Translations under genes and position numbers: made by a program
The notes under the pieces: model-generated
The model's input: only the letters and a program-made list of their open reading frames with translations
What the model was told of the DNA's origin: nothing
The model's database searches: none
Shown here: positions 60,941-64,000 of the stretch, in pieces
Layout: each line of letters starts with the position of its first letter
Numbering within the stretch: the first letter of the stretch is position 1
Source of the DNA: Felis catus
Lineage: Eukaryota
Direction: 5' to 3'
DNA: 64,000 bases
Assembly (NCBI RefSeq): GCF_018350175.1
Contig: NC_058369.1
Span: 19,036,001-19,100,000, forward strand

Positions 60941-61710
60941 TATAATCCCATAGCCTTTGCACGTAATTATGGAAAGTTGGAGACTTTGTCTCACAAATTT
61001 GGCCCTGTTTTTTTTTTCCTAGGAGTATTGCTACCTGGCATGATTGATAAAGAGATTAGGGTATTTCATTGCCTTTTGTAGTAAGGGCTTGGTCTGACAT
61101 CAGTAACAAACCTTCTAGCCCAAATTCATTTTTCTAGGCCCAGTTATTGCTTGACCTATTAGGAGCCTAGGAATGTTATGAGCTTTGTTAGTTTTCACCA
61201 CTAATGTAAATATAAGAAAATTATTTCTTTCGTATTGTGCAAAAAATGTTTGAGAGAGTTCCTTGTGTTTTTGGCTATTGATTCTTGATCATATACTTCA
61301 GAGGACAATAGCACATTCTTTGCCTCTTCTAAATTTCATTTTCTTTCTGGTCCTTTAAACAAAGGACAGCAAAGTGAGACTAGAGGAGAGAAGCTTGCAG
61401 GACAGCATGCCGTGGGCAAGGCTGTTTATAACATAAATACTTGTACCTCAGGGAAATCCCCAGGCAGCATATAAAGAATGCGTTTGAGGAAAAAAAAAAA
61501 AAAAAGAATGCATTTGAGGCTGTTCTAATGCATTTCATTTCTGTGAGAAGCGTTCCCTTTTTTCCATGTTTAGAATAATTGCATTTTGGTGATAGAAGTT
61601 AAAAACTTGGCTGATTAAAGCAGTTGATGCAGTTCTTGGTCCTTGAATTTTCTTTGATGTGGAATAGTTTGTGGCTGAAGCTTTAACTATAAACGTGTAA
61701 AACTCTGCAG

Positions 61711-61780
61711 ATTCGGGAAATGATGGAGTCCTTTGAAGGCCCTCAGCCTGCGGATGTGAGGCTGATGAAGAGGAAAACAG
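61711..61780 (+). CDS. RBM5: RBM5 exon 5: IREMMESFEGPQPADVRLMKRKT
   Basis: Acceptor aactctgcag, donor CAG|gtgaga. 70 nt. Confidence 0.95.
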
Positions 61781-62270
61781 GTGAGAGCTTGCTTAGTTCC
61801 GGCGGTTCTGGCTCTCTTCCCCATTCCCACCTCAGCCCCCAAAGACCATCCTGATTCCCCCAGTCTTCAAGCACATGAATTCAGAATGAAAGGTTTGCCA
61901 TGGCTAAGGAATGTGACTCTTTGAAAACGATATTAGAGAGCACCTGAGGACCTTTTTAAAAACTTTGTTTTTAGGGGCTTTTTTTTTTCCTTCGGTAAGT
62001 AGTGATTTATAAACTCCTTGTTTGACTGTTTGTAGTCGGTTGCATGGTTACTTTTTAAGCGTGGAATCAAATCGAGTGGCACTTAGTTCAGGCGGCTTGG
62101 TTCCTTGCCATGGCAAAGTATCAAGAAGATCCCCAAGTCAAGTCACATTTGTAAAGCTGCTTCCCAATTGGCTTTGTCACGCAGTGTTGAAGCAGTGGGA
62201 GAGAGATTCACCTGTTATAAAGGAACTGACTAACACGAGTATCCCGTCTATATCTGAATGCTGTCTCTAG

Positions 62271-62344
62271 GTGTAAGCCGTGGTTTCGCCTTCGTGGAGT
62301 TTTATCACTTGCAAGATGCTACCAGCTGGATGGAAGCCAATCAG
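62271..62344 (+). CDS. RBM5: RBM5 exon 6 (RRM1 RNP1): [25 protein letters not shown]
   Basis: Branch-like CTGACTAAC at 62226-62234, acceptor ctgtctctag, weak donor CAG|gttgct. RNP1 RGFAFVEF. 74 nt. Confidence 0.95.
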
Positions 62345-64000
62345 GTTGCTTCACTCACCAAGTCTAGATATTCATGAAAATGGAACAAGTCTGTACAATT
62401 TAAAAAAAAAAAAGGTTGAAGGAGTGGTTTGTTCCAAAGGAGTGATTTTTTTTTTTAAAGAAAAGCTTTGTATATATTAAAATTGATATTATTAGAATAA
62501 ATAACAGCAGCAAGGACTGCATTGCAGAATGTGCTCTGCCTTTAAACATGGCTGCCTGGCAGGACTTTGTTAATCACTGAATACCTGTCTGGTGATTACC
62601 AAAACATCTTAATGTTCCCTTTTCCCCTACTGATTATGTTCCTATTCATTATGTCCATTGAGAGTAATCTTAAAGTACCCAACTCTCGATTGGACAGTAA
62701 AGAGAATATAGTAGAAGTCTGCTACTGGCATTTTGTAAGTGATTCCTTATTTCTACTTGGAGACCATAAGCCTCCTGGAGGCATAACTGTTCGTATGGGT
62801 CTTCAGGACTATTTAAGGACCTCCGTGGAATTTATGAACAATAAGTCTGATGAGATTAGCCTGGGAGCTAGTGTCCTGCTGCTGTCTAATCTAGTTAAAC
62901 TGGCATTAACGTTCTAATCTCCCTGAGAATGCCTTTTAAAGTCCGTTGAAAGCAAATCATTGATGGTTCTTTGATGTAGCATTAACTGAAGTGTTCTACA
63001 GTTTGTCAAGAAAACGTTCAGTACTTGGCACTTCAGTAACATTTTTTGCCAGAACTCCATAGCACAGTGTTGAATGCCTTAACCAAATGCGTTCTGAGAA
63101 GTTTGCTTAACTCATTATGTTGCTTTTCTGCAGCATTTTATTTGTCACCCATAAATAAGAGTTACATTCTTTAGTAATATAACAAGACTCACTAATGAGG
63201 GTATCATTTTGATTGATTTGTTAGATTTTTAAGCCTCTCATTTTCTTAACCCAGAGGTGACAGCCTGATCTTAAAAGTGAAGCTTCATTCATTTCATACC
63301 ATGGACATCATACTAGTAAATATAGAATATAAACACAAGCTTCATGTGAGTCTGCTTTCTTGATGTGACAGCATCTTTTGATGCAGTGGAAGTATCAGAA
63401 TGACTTGCCTGGGAGTTTAAAACTCCAAAGAAATTAAAACCCACAAGACATTTAAAAAGATCTCCACAATTTTAATGTATACAAAGCTAAGTTACTGTGT
63501 AATATTTCATTACAGTTCAAATTCACTCCAGAAATAAAAGGCTAATAGGATTAGGGACTCAGTGATAGTTTGGAGTCTCCCCCAGCACACACCCCTCCTA
63601 CTGGGATGATCTGTTGACATATCTCCCAGCTTCATTTTTGTTTCTGTACAACACAGTGAGTGGATGGCCCTTCAGCTTTTTCCTTCTTGGCCAGACATGC
63701 AGTCTTGCCTTTAGATAATGCAGAGACAACATTCACAGCATGTCTTAACTCTTCCAGGATTTGCAAGAACCAAATTGCTCAACAGTATGTATATTTAGAG
63801 GGGTTAGACTCCTTTTAAAAATTTGGATATCTAACCTCCTACTAATTCTGTTCTGATATTGTCAGAACATCCCATTCCCTCCCCCCTCCTGCCCCCCCCC
63901 CCCAATAAAAAAAAAAGAAGAAGAAGAAGAAAAGATGCTCCTGTTAAATGAAGGCTCTTTGGGGGCAGGTGCTGGATATACATACTCTTGGCTAGACTGA

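Noticed and set aside
1..64000. CRISPR arrays, operons or other prokaryotic or viral systems
   Set aside because: The window is intron-rich mammalian DNA. Its repeats are dispersed retroelements or microsatellites, with no regular repeat-spacer structure.

Overview
Mammalian genomic DNA from a felid, judged by dense Can-SINEs of the SINEC_Fc type and carnivore L1 3' ends. It holds two paralogous splicing-regulator genes head-to-tail on the + strand. RBM6: the distal ~25 kb of its very long intron 6, then 15 coding exons (7-21 by human numbering, 25208-47319, 604 codons plus stop) and a poly(A) signal at 47422. RBM5 follows after ~5.6 kb: CpG-island promoter, non-coding exon 1 and coding exons 2-6 (first 161 codons), with the window ending in intron 6. 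The rest is SINE, L1, L2, MIR, MLT1 and Tigger repeats and microsatellites; most entries in the ORF track are repeat artefacts. Four observations stand out. (1) The 54-nt 5'UTR part of RBM5 exon 2 is stop-free and in frame with the RBM5 ATG, so an RBM6-exon-20 to RBM5-exon-2 read-through splice would encode a continuous fusion protein. (2) A Can-SINE and a tailless RPS18 retrocopy sit inside a single target-site duplication. (3) RBM6 intron 6 and RBM5 intron 5 carry candidate poison or decoy exons. (4) An unidentified polyadenylated 3'UTR retro-fragment lies at ~12.6-12.9 kb. Gene names, exon numbers, repeat subfamily names and human comparisons come from recall, not from database searches. 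Repeat boundaries are approximate.
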